Origin: Paraspadella gotoi
Taxonomy: Eukaryota; Animalia; Chaetognatha
NCBI GenBank assembly: GCA_051294375.1
Contig: CM119266.1
Coordinates: forward strand, 9,680,538 to 9,744,537
Length of the DNA: 64,000 nt
Reading direction: 5' to 3'
A model generated the notes under the pieces. That model ran no database searches and had not been told where the DNA came from. It saw nothing but the letters and a program-made list of their open reading frames with translations. The translations under genes and the position numbers were made by a program. Within the stretch, counting starts at the first letter, position 1. Every line of letters begins with the position of its first letter. This document shows, one piece after another, positions 24,899-36,344 of this stretch.

Positions 24899-27800
24899 AT
24901 GGCTTCCAGGCAATCGTCCGCCGATGCCTCCGTCGGACGATCCTCTCGATCGACCCACGTCTCCTCCCAAACGGGAGGAAGCAAATCTGCTCGAGGTTCC
25001 CGCACGACTTCCGCGACTCAAAGGACCATCTCCTCCTCCGCCGTCGGCTCCTCCCAAAGAAGCGCCTCCTCCTCCAACACCGGACCTTCCATCTCCTCGT
25101 CGCAGCAACGAACCCAAAGCACGGGCGCTCTCAAAATTCCTGAGGAGAGGCTGACGGGATTCGGCTACGACAGCTTCGGCTACGAGGGGAATCGCCCACC
25201 GAAGAAGGAGAGCCGCTTCGGCCAGTTTAGGCGGAGTTTTGGCAAGGGAAAGAAAAAGAGCCGGCCCGAGACGGGCTCCGCCAAAAATTTGGCCGATTCC
25301 TCGGAGGCCCTCATGAAGGGATGGCTTTACAAGCAGGACAGCAAGGGCTTGCACCTGTGGAAGAGACGGTGGTTCGTCTTGCGCGAGAACGAACTGTTCT
25401 ACTTCAAGAGTCCCAAGGACGACTCGGCCCTGGGAAGCGTTAAACTCAACGAGGAGCAGAGGATCGCGCCGACGGATGACAACCTGGCGAAGAAGTATTC
25501 CTTCAAGATCGAGCAACAAGGATCGAGGTCATACGTGGTCGCCGCGGACACGAAAGAGTTGTTGACCAACTGGATGAACGCCGTCAGCCTCTCCGCGCTT
25601 CATCTCAGTCCGGAGTTGATCAAACAGGCTCTCCAACAACTGCAACCCTCTCGCGCCCCGGCGAAAAACGAGGAAACTATGGTCAAAACGACGGCGGCGT
25701 TTGATGAGTCCGCTACTTATTCAGTCCAGGCGGCCCAGTCAGCCAAATCCGTTTCGACGACTTCCAAGCAGATTGCCGCCAAGCAGGTTTCTTCCAAGCA
25801 GGTTGCTGCGAAACAAGTTGCTGCTAAGGCCTCCAAATCGCAGTCGGGCCCCCTCGCCAAAAGCTCAGCGAGGGAGAAGGCCTTGTCTCGAGCCATGTCG
25901 CAAGCGGAGGAAGAGGCTGAGGCAGAAGCTGAGATTGAACAGGAAGTCGTCGCCAACGCAGCCGCCGCCGCGAAACAGGCCGTCAACGTCACGGTCAACG
26001 TCGTGGGCCTGGCGGAGAACGGCGTCGAAGCCGACGACGACGAAACCGACGTGAAACAAATTTCTAGCTCTACCGACGTCTCCGAAGCCTCCGAAGATGA
26101 GATGAGCGAGGCGGAAAGCTCCCTCTCTTCCGACATGGAAGAGGCGGATTTTGGGAGAGGCAAGGCGAGCAACCTTCAATCGGCCAAGAAGATAGAAACC
26201 AAGAAAAAGGCTGTTGTCAAAGCGAGCGATAGTTTCTTTGGCAACTTGGTCCAAGAAGTAAATCAAGAGACGACCATCAACAGAACGGAGAACATTACTC
26301 GAAACGAAAATATAAACATTAATCGCAACTACACCGAAAATGTAACCAAGAATGAAAATTACTCACTGAATGAAACCTTAGCGCTGAAAGGAAATTACTC
26401 GGACAAGAAAGACGAGAATGTTGGCCTGAAATCTTCTTTTGATTTTGGCAAGCTCCTCGGCGGCACCTCCGAAAGTTCTCTCTCATCTATTCAAGCCATT
26501 GAAAACAATAATACTCCGGGTGCCGCAGTAATGCAGTCTTTCGTCCCCAACGGCACTCAAGTGGCGCAAAGTTTTATTCCTCCTGTCGCTCCCACAGCTC
26601 AAAATCTCGTTTCCTCCGGCGCTCTTGCGGCGCAGAATTTTAACCCCTCCGGCGCTCTTGCGGCGCAGAATTTTAACCCCTCCGGCGCTCCAGTGGCTCA
26701 GAATTTCATTGCCTCGGGCGCTTCCGGTGGGCAAGCTTTAAATCCCTCTGCCGCACCTGTCGTCCCAACCTTTGTTCCTTCCGTGGCGCCGCTTTCTGTC
26801 GCCTCATCGGCTTACGTTCAACAGCAACATGGAGCGGGCGTTTCCGATTTTCAAAGCCCCCAAGTCAGCGGTCGCGCCGGTGAGGTATTCGGCAATCTCT
26901 TGGATTGGCAGAATCGTACCTTGCAAAGGCCGCAGTCCACGGTGCCCGCCGCCCACACGGTCGGTAGAACGCGTTACCAAAGCTCCGGCGATCCGTACGC
27001 CACCGAACGGCGACTAAAGGAGAAAAACTATCGCGCTCAAAGCGTCGGTCGAGAGTTGGACGACGCGCCGGGCCTCTTCAAACGAACGCAGTCGATGAGG
27101 AGTTTGAAGGCGTGGTACGACAATCAGAAGAGCGGCTTACGTAGTAGAGAGGAGTCTCCGGTGGGGTTAGACGATTATGAGCAGCCACAGCAGGCGGTTA
27201 TCATGGATCTCGACCGGAACGATCGACTCTTTGTCAACCCCTCCACCGCCACCGTTTTGAGGTCAAAGAGTAGGCAGGGCAATCAGGCCAGCGGAACTAT
27301 GCTGCCGGCGAGACCCGCAACGGCCATGGGAAATTACGCCGTTGCCACTCTTCCTCGAGATCAATTGATGTTGCAGAAAAGTTATATGATGCAGCTTTAC
27401 GAACAACAACAGATGCAGCACTTTCTCAGACAGCAGCAATTAGCTCGACAACAACAGCAGCAACAACAGCAGCAGCAACAGCAGCAGCTTTTTTATCAGC
27501 AGCAACAGCAGTCGTTGATTCTTCAGAAGCAAATTCAACAGCAGCAGCAACAAATTTTGAAGGAACAAGAAATATTGAAGCAAAGAAAGGAGAAGGAAAA
27601 AGAGAAGGAAAAGGAGAAGGCGAAAAAAAGAAAGGGACAAGAGTCAGCCCAGCAGCGACAAATCATCGAGGAGGAAATGAATTCTCAACTCAGCAAAACC
27701 GTCATCAACGAATCCGTCGTCGTCAACGGCGACGATCCTAAAGTCAAAAGAGTCTTCGTTCGTCGCGCCAAAAAAGAGCCGAAGAAAGCGCCGCCGCCAG

Positions 27801-30034
27801 CCCCTGCCTCCGCTCCGCCTCCACTCCCGGCTCCGGAAAAACGCGAGTTTTCGATGCAAACCATCACGGATATCGGAATTCAGACGGAGCAAAAGGATTC
27901 GCCCCCGCCGCAGCGAACCTTCTCCGAAACGGTCATTATTCAGCCTCCCGCTCATCCTCCACCTCATATCATCCAAACCGTCATCGGACCTCCTTATCCA
28001 AGCCTCGAGGATGAGGAGAGCTCGGACGAAGAGTGGGAAGTTTTGGTCAGTTCGAATCAAGCATCCTGGAATCTCGTCGCCAAGGAGACGCTGCCGTCGA
28101 GCATGATTCGCTCCGCGTCTTTGTCGAATCTCGAGGAACTTATCAAGGATCAACTCTCGGAAGAGACTAGAAAAGTGTTGGAAGATGCGGAGGAGATTCG
28201 ATTCTCCGAGGAGGTCGTCCAGACGGTCTTAACCAAAACCGCAGAGGACACGACGACGACCACTTCCAAGAAATCCGTCACCATGACGATGCCGGGCGAC
28301 GAATTGGACGACGTCGAGATCGAAGACGCCGATGTCGATCCGGAAGAGTTGCGTCGATTCTCGACGGGCATCTCAGCCCTCGTCGCCGGAGCAGGAAGCG
28401 ACGAGGAAATCTCTAGATCTTCCGTTGTTGCCAAATTCACCGGAGAGCCTCTCCAGGAAGTTCATTTTTCCAGCTACGAGACGCCAGAAGGAAGGACGGA
28501 CCTCACCTCCACTTCCTTTCGTCAGGATCACGCGACGACGACGGACGAATCCTTTGCTTATGATTTCGCCTCCAGAAACGAAGCCTTGGCCGGATTTCAA
28601 CACCAGCTGCAGTTGATGCAGCAGGAATTCGGCGACGCTGGAGAAACGGTGACCGACGCAGGAACGAGTTACGCGTCGGCCTCCGGAGCCAGAGTCAACG
28701 TCGATCAGCGCACGACCAACATTCGCAGCGGCCTTGCAATTAACGAGGCGCCGGCGCCCGTCAACGCGTTGTTGACGAAGGACGGCGTCGAATTTGAGGC
28801 AACCGGCTCCAACTACACCAAAGCATTTGTAGATTCCATCGACGAAGAGGTCTCTCTAAACCGAGAACTGTCCGGCTCGTACTCTGCACTGCAGGATTTT
28901 CACATTGAAACGATGAAGCGACGGCTGAGCACCAAGGCGCCGGAAAAGGAACAATCGCCTGACGGAGACTGGCTCCAGAAAAAGGGAATTTTAAGGAAAC
29001 GCCCATCCTTTTCGGAGCAAATGGGCGGGGACGAGGAAAGAATCTCATCGGGGTTATCCGCCGAACCGGCGCATACTCCATCTACAAAGAGCAGCTCCAT
29101 CGTCGTTCTCGCCAACTCCCCGGCCACCGAGAGACGGCTGAGGTCGGAAACGTCGGCTCTCGAGGTCTCCCTCGATTCTCCGCCAACTAAGCACTTTTCC
29201 ACGCACGTGCACAAAACTATCTCCTCCCCAACGCCGCGCATCACCGTCGAAGTCGATCCCGTCACTTCGACCACCGCGCCCACCACCGTGTTGACGACGA
29301 AGGTGGGCGCTAGCGAGGCGAACAACAACGACGTTCCACCGACGGACGACGAGCCTCCCGCCGCCGGCTTGCCCCCTTTGGCGAGCGACATCGAAAAAGT
29401 TCGCAAAAAAATATCGTCCGTGAAATTCGCCGACGCTCCGACGGGGGGCGTCAACAAAAACGCTAGCGCCATCGGCCGGAAACTGATCACCTTGAAAAGG
29501 GAGACGGAGGCGAAACAAACGACCGCCGGCTACTTTACTCGTCGCTTGCAGCAGGAAGAACAGACGCTGGCAAATTACAAGGCCCAAGGGTTTAGCGAGT
29601 CGCAGATTGAAGCCCAGACTCTGAACGTTAGCAAATTGCGCGAGAAGGTGGACGAGATCAACGTGGGCGTCGAAAAAGGCAAGAGCGCCATCGCGGAGAT
29701 GGAGGAAGAGTGGAACAAGGTCAAGCCGACGGGATTCGACGACGTCCAGATGTCGTCCTCATCGAAGACTTCTGCTGGAAAAGCGGAATCGCCGGAAGAC
29801 GCGACCGGTGACCAAACCGGCGCCGCCAAAGAATCGTCGGCAGCGACGGTCCAGCGAGAGGCAATGAAATCCGTTCTCTCCACCATCACGTCGCAGTTCT
29901 CGGCTCGAGAGGAAGACTTTGACAAGCTGCGGCGCGAGGAGGAAGAGATCAAAGCGTTGCTTGCATCGAGGATGAGAGGGATCGATCTGGAGATCGATCA
30001 ACTTGAAGGAGCTCAGGATGCCGAGTATGATTGA
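24899..30034 (+). CDS. Large intronless PH-domain protein (PLEKHA5/6/7-like PH) with low-complexity middle, polyQ and C-terminal coiled coil, 1711 aa
   Basis: MKGWLYKQDSKGLHLWKRRWFVL...FYFK...LGSVKL...YSFKI...WMNAVS; continuous 5.1 kb ORF. Confidence 0.85.
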   Translation: MASRQSSADASVGRSSRSTHVSSQTGGSKSARGSRTTSATQRTISSSAVGSSQRSASSSNTGPSISSSQQRTQSTGALKIPEERLTGFGYDSFGYEGNRPPKKESRFGQFRRSFGKGKKKSRPETGSAKNLADSSEALMKGWLYKQDSKGLHLWKRRWFVLRENELFYFKSPKDDSALGSVKLNEEQRIAPTDDNLAKKYSFKIEQQGSRSYVVAADTKELLTNWMNAVSLSALHLSPELIKQALQQLQPSRAPAKNEETMVKTTAAFDESATYSVQAAQSAKSVSTTSKQIAAKQVSSKQVAAKQVAAKASKSQSGPLAKSSAREKALSRAMSQAEEEAEAEAEIEQEVVANAAAAAKQAVNVTVNVVGLAENGVEADDDETDVKQISSSTDVSEASEDEMSEAESSLSSDMEEADFGRGKASNLQSAKKIETKKKAVVKASDSFFGNLVQEVNQETTINRTENITRNENININRNYTENVTKNENYSLNETLALKGNYSDKKDENVGLKSSFDFGKLLGGTSESSLSSIQAIENNNTPGAAVMQSFVPNGTQVAQSFIPPVAPTAQNLVSSGALAAQNFNPSGALAAQNFNPSGAPVAQNFIASGASGGQALNPSAAPVVPTFVPSVAPLSVASSAYVQQQHGAGVSDFQSPQVSGRAGEVFGNLLDWQNRTLQRPQSTVPAAHTVGRTRYQSSGDPYATERRLKEKNYRAQSVGRELDDAPGLFKRTQSMRSLKAWYDNQKSGLRSREESPVGLDDYEQPQQAVIMDLDRNDRLFVNPSTATVLRSKSRQGNQASGTMLPARPATAMGNYAVATLPRDQLMLQKSYMMQLYEQQQMQHFLRQQQLARQQQQQQQQQQQQQLFYQQQQQSLILQKQIQQQQQQILKEQEILKQRKEKEKEKEKEKAKKRKGQESAQQRQIIEEEMNSQLSKTVINESVVVNGDDPKVKRVFVRRAKKEPKKAPPPAPASAPPPLPAPEKREFSMQTITDIGIQTEQKDSPPPQRTFSETVIIQPPAHPPPHIIQTVIGPPYPSLEDEESSDEEWEVLVSSNQASWNLVAKETLPSSMIRSASLSNLEELIKDQLSEETRKVLEDAEEIRFSEEVVQTVLTKTAEDTTTTTSKKSVTMTMPGDELDDVEIEDADVDPEELRRFSTGISALVAGAGSDEEISRSSVVAKFTGEPLQEVHFSSYETPEGRTDLTSTSFRQDHATTTDESFAYDFASRNEALAGFQHQLQLMQQEFGDAGETVTDAGTSYASASGARVNVDQRTTNIRSGLAINEAPAPVNALLTKDGVEFEATGSNYTKAFVDSIDEEVSLNRELSGSYSALQDFHIETMKRRLSTKAPEKEQSPDGDWLQKKGILRKRPSFSEQMGGDEERISSGLSAEPAHTPSTKSSSIVVLANSPATERRLRSETSALEVSLDSPPTKHFSTHVHKTISSPTPRITVEVDPVTSTTAPTTVLTTKVGASEANNNDVPPTDDEPPAAGLPPLASDIEKVRKKISSVKFADAPTGGVNKNASAIGRKLITLKRETEAKQTTAGYFTRRLQQEEQTLANYKAQGFSESQIEAQTLNVSKLREKVDEINVGVEKGKSAIAEMEEEWNKVKPTGFDDVQMSSSSKTSAGKAESPEDATGDQTGAAKESSAATVQREAMKSVLSTITSQFSAREEDFDKLRREEEEIKALLASRMRGIDLEIDQLEGAQDAEYD
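26612..26725 (+). repeat. 33-bp coding tandem repeat (SGALAAQNFNP), about 3 copies with degenerate flanks
   Basis: ccggcgctcttgcggcgcagaattttaaccc repeated directly. Confidence 0.8.
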
Positions 30035-30674
30035 GGCGATGGCATCGATGCTAAAGGAATGGAATCGCAGTTCTTAGGAGAAGGGGAGGAAGGGTGGGCA
30101 AATTTATTTGGGGCGGAAAAGTTTTTTGCTTTTCTCGACTAATTCTGATATACCCATTTTTCCGTGCATAATAGTTTTTTGACTAACAACTTGCGAAATG
30201 CTTTTATGTAATAGTTTGTCTATATATGTTATACACGAAGCGATTGACTGCTTGGTTAAAAATTTAAATGTACCTTATAAAAAAATAGTGCCTTCCAAAT
30301 TTTTTGTTTCTATTTGGGTCCCATTTTGGGTTTTTGCATGAGAGAAAGAAAAATAGCTTTTTTGGTCTTTCTGGTCCCTCCGCCTTTTATCAGTTTTATC
30401 AATTAAACTAGTCACAAAGTAGACATAAGATCGTCTGTTAAGATGAATGCTCTTTTTTAAAATATTTTTAAATTCATATCATTATACTTGCAGTGCCTAG
30501 CTTTTACTATTAAATTGCTGTGAAAAGTTTAACTTTAGTCGTGCCTTGTCTTAAATTTTGCTATTACACCAGAATATAAATTACATCTTTTGCAACTCTG
30601 ATTCACTTATGCTTTACATAATATGTATGGAATAATACATACAAGTCAATTTTAATTTTTTGAAGGAGAAAAAA

Positions 30675-31751
30675 ATGGAGACCGACGTTCTGGCCAACTC
30701 GCCAAATACCGAGGGGCAGAACTCGGAAATATCGACTTTTGAAATCTCCAATGATTGTCCCCAAACTGATGCGCCTATAAGCATCTCCTCCCCGGGAGAT
30801 TCAATTGTCTCAAGTGCGCAAAAAGAAGGCGGAAAAAAAAACGACGATAATGACCTTGCGGAAAATGACTCGAAGTCGAAGTCAGTCGATCCTAGCTTAG
30901 TTTCTTTGGAAAAAGAAATCGAAAAAGTTGATGAAAAAGTGGATTCGACAAGTGCGCAAAAAGTAAACGCTAAAGAGGAGAACAACAATCACGACGCATA
31001 CCTTGATAAAGATTTGAAAAACCACTCTGAGCCTCCTGCTGCTGACTTAGTTTCTTCGAAAAGCGATTTAGAAAAAGATAATCAAAAACTCTCCTCCACC
31101 AAGATTTCTACTGCTCCGACAAATGCCATCGACAGTAATGCCAGTTCCATTGGTCGAAAGCTCATTTCTTTGAAGAGAGAAATTGAAGGAAAGCAAAGAA
31201 CTGCCAACTACTTTACCCAAAGATTGCAGCAGGAGGAGCAGACTCTCAATGATTACAAAGATCAGGAGTTTAGTGATTCAGATATTGAAGCTCAGACACA
31301 GAATGTTGAGCAATTGCGTGAAAAGATCGAAGGGATAAATTCAGAAATAGAAAAAAGAAAAAAAGTCATTGCAGAGATGGAGGAAGAGTGGGACAAAGTG
31401 AAGCCGGTCGAATTCGAATCCAATCAAATGTCTACTCCCAAGTTGCTTCCTGCCACAATGATTAAAAAGACTGACTCGGACGAAGACAAATCTGTCAACG
31501 ACGTGGACAAGTACGTCACAAAGTCATCATCGACTGGGTCTGTCCAGCGCGAGGCGATGCGCTCTGCTCTCTCCACTATTACGTCTCAGTTTTCGTCTCG
31601 AGAAAAAGACTTTGACCGACTGCGGCAAGATGAAGAGGAAATCAAGGCGTTGCTGGCGTCCGCGATGAGAGGGATCGATCGCGATCTGGAGATCAATCAG
31701 ATCGAAGAAGATCAGGACGATGAGGAGTCTTCATTGCAGACTGAAGAATAA
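30675..31751 (+). CDS. Partial tandem duplicate of the C-terminal coiled-coil region of the PH protein, with an unrelated-looking acidic N-terminus
   Basis: NASSIGRKLISLKREIEGKQRTANYFTQRLQQEEQTL vs NASAIGRKLITLKRETEAKQTTAGYFTRRLQQEEQTL; VQREAMRSALSTITSQFSSRE vs VQREAMKSVLSTITSQFSARE; ORF intact. Confidence 0.85.
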   Translation: METDVLANSPNTEGQNSEISTFEISNDCPQTDAPISISSPGDSIVSSAQKEGGKKNDDNDLAENDSKSKSVDPSLVSLEKEIEKVDEKVDSTSAQKVNAKEENNNHDAYLDKDLKNHSEPPAADLVSSKSDLEKDNQKLSSTKISTAPTNAIDSNASSIGRKLISLKREIEGKQRTANYFTQRLQQEEQTLNDYKDQEFSDSDIEAQTQNVEQLREKIEGINSEIEKRKKVIAEMEEEWDKVKPVEFESNQMSTPKLLPATMIKKTDSDEDKSVNDVDKYVTKSSSTGSVQREAMRSALSTITSQFSSREKDFDRLRQDEEEIKALLASAMRGIDRDLEINQIEEDQDDEESSLQTEE

Positions 31752-32490
31752 ACTAGGGTTGAATGCATCAACGTTACAAAGGGAAACAAATGCTGTTGCC
31801 AAAACAAAGGGAGGGAAATGCTGGTCTTTATTTCCGGGACGATAGAATTTTCAAAACTAACCTTGATACTCATTTTAGGTGTCAAATTCTTTTGACTAAC
31901 ATGTATCGCGAAATGCTTTTAAACACTGTTTGGTTTTTACGAAAAAACCAAAGAAAAAATATCAATCTTGCCTTTTTTTACTGTGGGTCGTTTTTGGGTT
32001 TTTCGATTAGAAACTAAGGAAGGTAAAATTAAACCTTTTAGCCCACAACCATTCCTCATCTGCTTTTTTTTGGGATGTTTTTCGGACAGGGTACAGCTTT
32101 GGTACTTATTTTATTATATTTTGTGACTTGACATTTTTGACCTTCCTTTACTGTCGGTCATTTTTTTTTTTTTTTTTTTTTGCATAAAATAGTTTTTAAC
32201 TTTACGATGATTAGTCATTTAAACGACATGAAAGAGAAAATGAGCCCGATTTTTTCATAGATTTTTTGAATGCATTTACTGATATTGTGATACTTGCGCT
32301 ATATAAATTGGTAACGAGATTTTTATCAGTCATGCATTGACACGGGTTACGGTTCTGCACCAGAATATTAATAAAGGCTTCTGCAACTATAATCTACCAG
32401 GAAATCTTTTTTAATGGGTCACATTTGCTTTAAATAATATACTTAAGTGCCGAAAAGTCATTTTATTTTACTTTTCGAGGAGAGGAAAAA

Positions 32491-33555
32491 ATGCTGGGGC
32501 AACTTTCCCGACGTTTTTCTTCTTCGCAGAATTTAAAAGAAACATTTCGACAATGTGATATTCCTTTTCCCACTTCCGTCAAAATCGTGGAAGTGGGTCC
32601 GCGTGACGGGCTTCAGAATGAGAAGACCTTTGTCGATACCGAAACTAAAGTGAGTTTGATCGATCGTCTCTCCTCGACCGGACTGGCCTTCGTCGAAGCT
32701 ACGAGTTTCGTCTCTCCCAAATGGGTTCCGCAAATGGCCGACGCCTCGGACGTCATGCGACAGATCGGTCGACGTCCCGGGGTCACTTACTCTTGCCTAA
32801 CGCCCAACATCAAGGGCTTCGAGGCGGCGTTGAAGGCCGGGGCCAACGAGGTGGCCATCTTCGGCGCCGCCTCAGAAACTTTTTCTCGGAAAAACATCAA
32901 CTGTTCCATCGAGGATAGTCTGAGGAGATTCGATGACGTCATGGTTGCGGCTAAAGATGCGCGAGTCCCCGTGCGGGGTTACGTCTCTTGCGTTCTTGGT
33001 AAGACGAAGAGTTTGAGTTTTTCCGTATCTCGCGAAATCTTTCCTCTTTTACATAAGAATTAATTCTATATATTATTTCTGTCGTTCAATAAAGGGTGTC
33101 CTTACGAGGGAAACATCCTTCCGGAAAAAGTGGCGGACGTCGCCGAAGCCATGCACGCCATGGGTTGCTACGAGATTTCCCTCGGCGACACAATAGGAAT
33201 CGGGACTCCGTCCCAAATGAAAAGCGTTTTGCTTAGCGTCTCCGAACGATTACCGCTGAATAGGTTGGCCGTCCACTGCCACGACACGTACGGTCAGGCG
33301 TTGGCCAACATTTACGCCGCTTTGCAGATGGGCGTGTCCGTCGTCGACAGCGCCATAGGTGGTCTCGGCGGTTGTCCCTACGCCAAGGGGGCCAGCGGTA
33401 ACGTGGCGACTGAGGACGTGGTGTACATGATGAACGGGCTCGGGATCGAGACGGGATTGAATCTCGAGAAGATCGTCGAAACGAGTCGCTTCATATCCTC
33501 GACTTTGGGGCGACAGCCCAATTCGAAAGTCGCTTGCGCAATGGGCGCCGGATAG
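32491..33555 (+). CDS. HMGCL: Hydroxymethylglutaryl-CoA lyase; exons 32491-32998, 33095-33555
   Basis: [67 protein letters not shown]. Confidence 0.97.
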
Positions 33556-33753
33556 TTTATTTTTTTATGCGTGTTTAAGTTTTATTTCTTTGTCTATCTA
33601 GTGATGTTGGAGACAACAGTGATAAATATAAAATGATTTTTTATTCGACATTTTTTTGTAACACGGTGTTATTTATTTTATTATACACAGTTTTTTTTTG
33701 ACTGGCGGCATTTCTTATTTTAGTTCAAATTTTCTTTTCTTTCTTAAAGTAAG

Positions 33754-34800
33754 ATGGGTTCTTCGAAAAATAAAAAGCTAGTGGCGAAAGACATTTTCGA
33801 TCTGGGCGTGAAATGGAATCTCAGGGCGGAGGGAGCGGAAATAATCAAGCGCGAGTGTCTTAGTCGCAACCCCGAGTGGCTCACGGACCTCGTCACCGTC
33901 CAACGTCTGCTCATCTCCGTCGTCGCCTTCATCGGTCTTCCAATCGCCTCTTGCTATTTTTGCATTTACCTCAACTACGACATGCACTTGCGTTCCGCCA
34001 TCAGAGGCGTCTTGGACGAGACGCAATGCCTCGTCGACGCCCCCGTCTTTGTCACCGAAATGGGGCGACCCTACACGAAATGTGAATCTCTTTGCGGCGA
34101 CATGGAATCCGTCCCGGTCGTCGACGAAATCTCCAAGGAAGAGTTCCGTCGGCACTTCGCCTATTCCGGCCGACCTATTCTTATCAAGCGAGCCACGGCT
34201 TCGTGGACCGCCGCTCAACACTTTAATTACGAATTTTTCAAAGAGCTCTTCCAACCTCTGGCGCTGGCCGAGGATAAGAAGAAATACGACGTCGATGAGG
34301 AAGAAGCGGCCGATTCGCAGGCGTGCCAATTTTTTCCGTATTCGACCGAGTTCGACGACTTAACTCAGTTCTTCAACATGTCCGAGCCGCGATCCAGGCT
34401 CGACCCCGCGGAAAAGAGCTGGTACGTGGGTTGGAGCAATTGCTATCCCGAGGCAGTGGCGAAGCTTCGACGCCACTACGAACGGCCAGCCTTTCTGCCC
34501 GATGACTCGGAGAGCAGCGTCATTGATTGGATCTTCATGGGCGGGAGCTCGAAGGAAGGCGGCGGTGGGGCTCCAGTTCACATCGACCACGTGGACCGAC
34601 CGTCTTGGCAGGCGCTTGTCGCCGGCTCCAAGACGTGGATCCTTCACCCTCCGCCAGAATGCGAGTCCGTATGTCGGCCAGAGTTTCGCGTGAAGATGGA
34701 ACCCGGGGACATTCTCGTCGTCGATACTAACATTTGGTTCCACGGGACCAAGGTCGAGCAAGGAGTGTTGACCATCAGCATCGGCTCGGAATTCGATTAA
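33754..34800 (+). CDS. Membrane-anchored JmjC/cupin-like protein, single exon
   Basis: TM segment LLISVVAFIGLPIASCYFCIYL; FAYSGRPILIK; WIFMG...HIDHV...GSKTWILHPPPEC...PGDILVV..NIWFHGT (HxD...H). Confidence 0.8.
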   Translation: MGSSKNKKLVAKDIFDLGVKWNLRAEGAEIIKRECLSRNPEWLTDLVTVQRLLISVVAFIGLPIASCYFCIYLNYDMHLRSAIRGVLDETQCLVDAPVFVTEMGRPYTKCESLCGDMESVPVVDEISKEEFRRHFAYSGRPILIKRATASWTAAQHFNYEFFKELFQPLALAEDKKKYDVDEEEAADSQACQFFPYSTEFDDLTQFFNMSEPRSRLDPAEKSWYVGWSNCYPEAVAKLRRHYERPAFLPDDSESSVIDWIFMGGSSKEGGGGAPVHIDHVDRPSWQALVAGSKTWILHPPPECESVCRPEFRVKMEPGDILVVDTNIWFHGTKVEQGVLTISIGSEFD

Positions 34801-35299
34801 GAATTTGGAAACGTCGTTGTGGTTGTTTCGTTTTGCATCATAATTTTTACTTTAATTCAAAATCATGTCTGTCCCTCTGTGAAAGGAATTAGGCGAATAA
34901 ATTCACTAATTCTCAATTTCGGTTATCCTCGGTTATTGATTACGCCGTTTACAAAACAAGTCAGAATGGCTACCTACTTTTATAACTTGAAAATCTATGT
35001 GGTGCAGTTATATCTAGTCCAAACAATTGTGAAGGATTGGCTATTCAAAGAAAAAATTTACTACATGGTTCCATGTGGCGTGGGCGCTTAAACTAACTTG
35101 AATAGCCTATCAAACCTGTGATAGTTACTATGATATTGATCTCACACATGTATTACTATTAGTGTTAATTGTTTGTTACCTTTTGTACAAAGTTAGTGAA
35201 AACCGGTTGCTGGGATATTTCTATATATTTTTATAATTTTAAAATTTTTGTAGTATGGATCCTTGAAAGTCTTCCGAACTCGTAGGCCTAGCTTGGGTT

Positions 35300-36081
35300 A
35301 TGAGTGGGGATAGCGGAAAATCCGATCGCGTACTCGTCACAGGCTTCGGTCCCTTTGGGGTCCACAAAGTCAACTCGAGTTGGATCGCCGTGCAAGAATT
35401 AGAAAAGATTGGTCTCGACGATCCAAACGTTCAGTTGGTTACCGAAGAGATTCAAGTCAATTACGACCATGTCAAGGTGCGGAAATTAAAACGAACCCTC
35501 TTGTGTTAGCTTAATTTAGTTTGGTTTATTTGACTATATATTTCTCCCACCCAGGCCAAAGTTCCAGAACTCTGGTCGATCCATTCTCCGCTCGTTGTCG
35601 TTCACGTCGGCGTCTCTGGAATGTCCAACGCCGTCACCTTGGAAAAGTGCGGACATAATGACGGCTACATGAGGCTCGACGTCGACGGGAAATGCCCGGA
35701 CTCAGGGTGCTGCTTGGAAAACGGCGTGCCCGACCATCTCGTTTGCATAGAGACCGCGTTAGATTTAGAAAAAGTTTGCCAAAGATTTTCTGGTAAAAAA
35801 AACAACAAAAAGAAAACAAATGTTTCTGCAAAACATGAATCTCATCGTCATCCTTTTCACCTTCAGAGAAAACTATCGACGTGGAGATCGAAATTTCCGA
35901 AAACGCCGGTCGATATCTCTGTGAGTTCATTTACTACTCGTCGTTGAGCATCGACAACACGCGGAGCCTCTTCGTCCACGTTCCCGACTTGACGACCTAC
36001 TCGGCGGAGAAACTCGGCCGCGCTCTGAAACTTATCGTCGACGAGCTCGTCGCTCAGATTAGGAGAAAGAAGGGATCTTAG
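35300..36081 (+). CDS. PGPEP1: Pyroglutamyl-peptidase I (C15); exons 35300-35476, 35555-35792, 35867-36081
   Basis: VLVTGFGPFG..VNSSW, VVHVGVSG, LEKCGHN, AGRYLCEFIYYSSL, LFVHVP (E/C/H triad). Confidence 0.94.
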
Positions 36082-36344
36082 GCTATTTGCTTTTTTTTAT
36101 TGCATGATGATTTTTTACATGGAATAATGAAAATCTTTCTAGACCGAAATAATAATCATTCCCACCCTCTTCCACCGATTTCGATCGTAAATTATTTATT
36201 TCCGTGATTTTGTGATACTTGCCTTTTTTCTCAATGCTTTTTTCTATTTGTGTGAAAATAAGCAGCTATAAGATGGCAAAGCGTATTATCATAAAACCTT
36301 AAAAAAATTTAAAAAAACTACTAACGAACTTGCAAAAAAAAAAA

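Noticed and set aside
23598-25519. Long minus-strand ORFs (247 aa, 238 aa)
   Set aside because: Antisense to the BTB and PH coding exons; expected from GC-rich codon usage.
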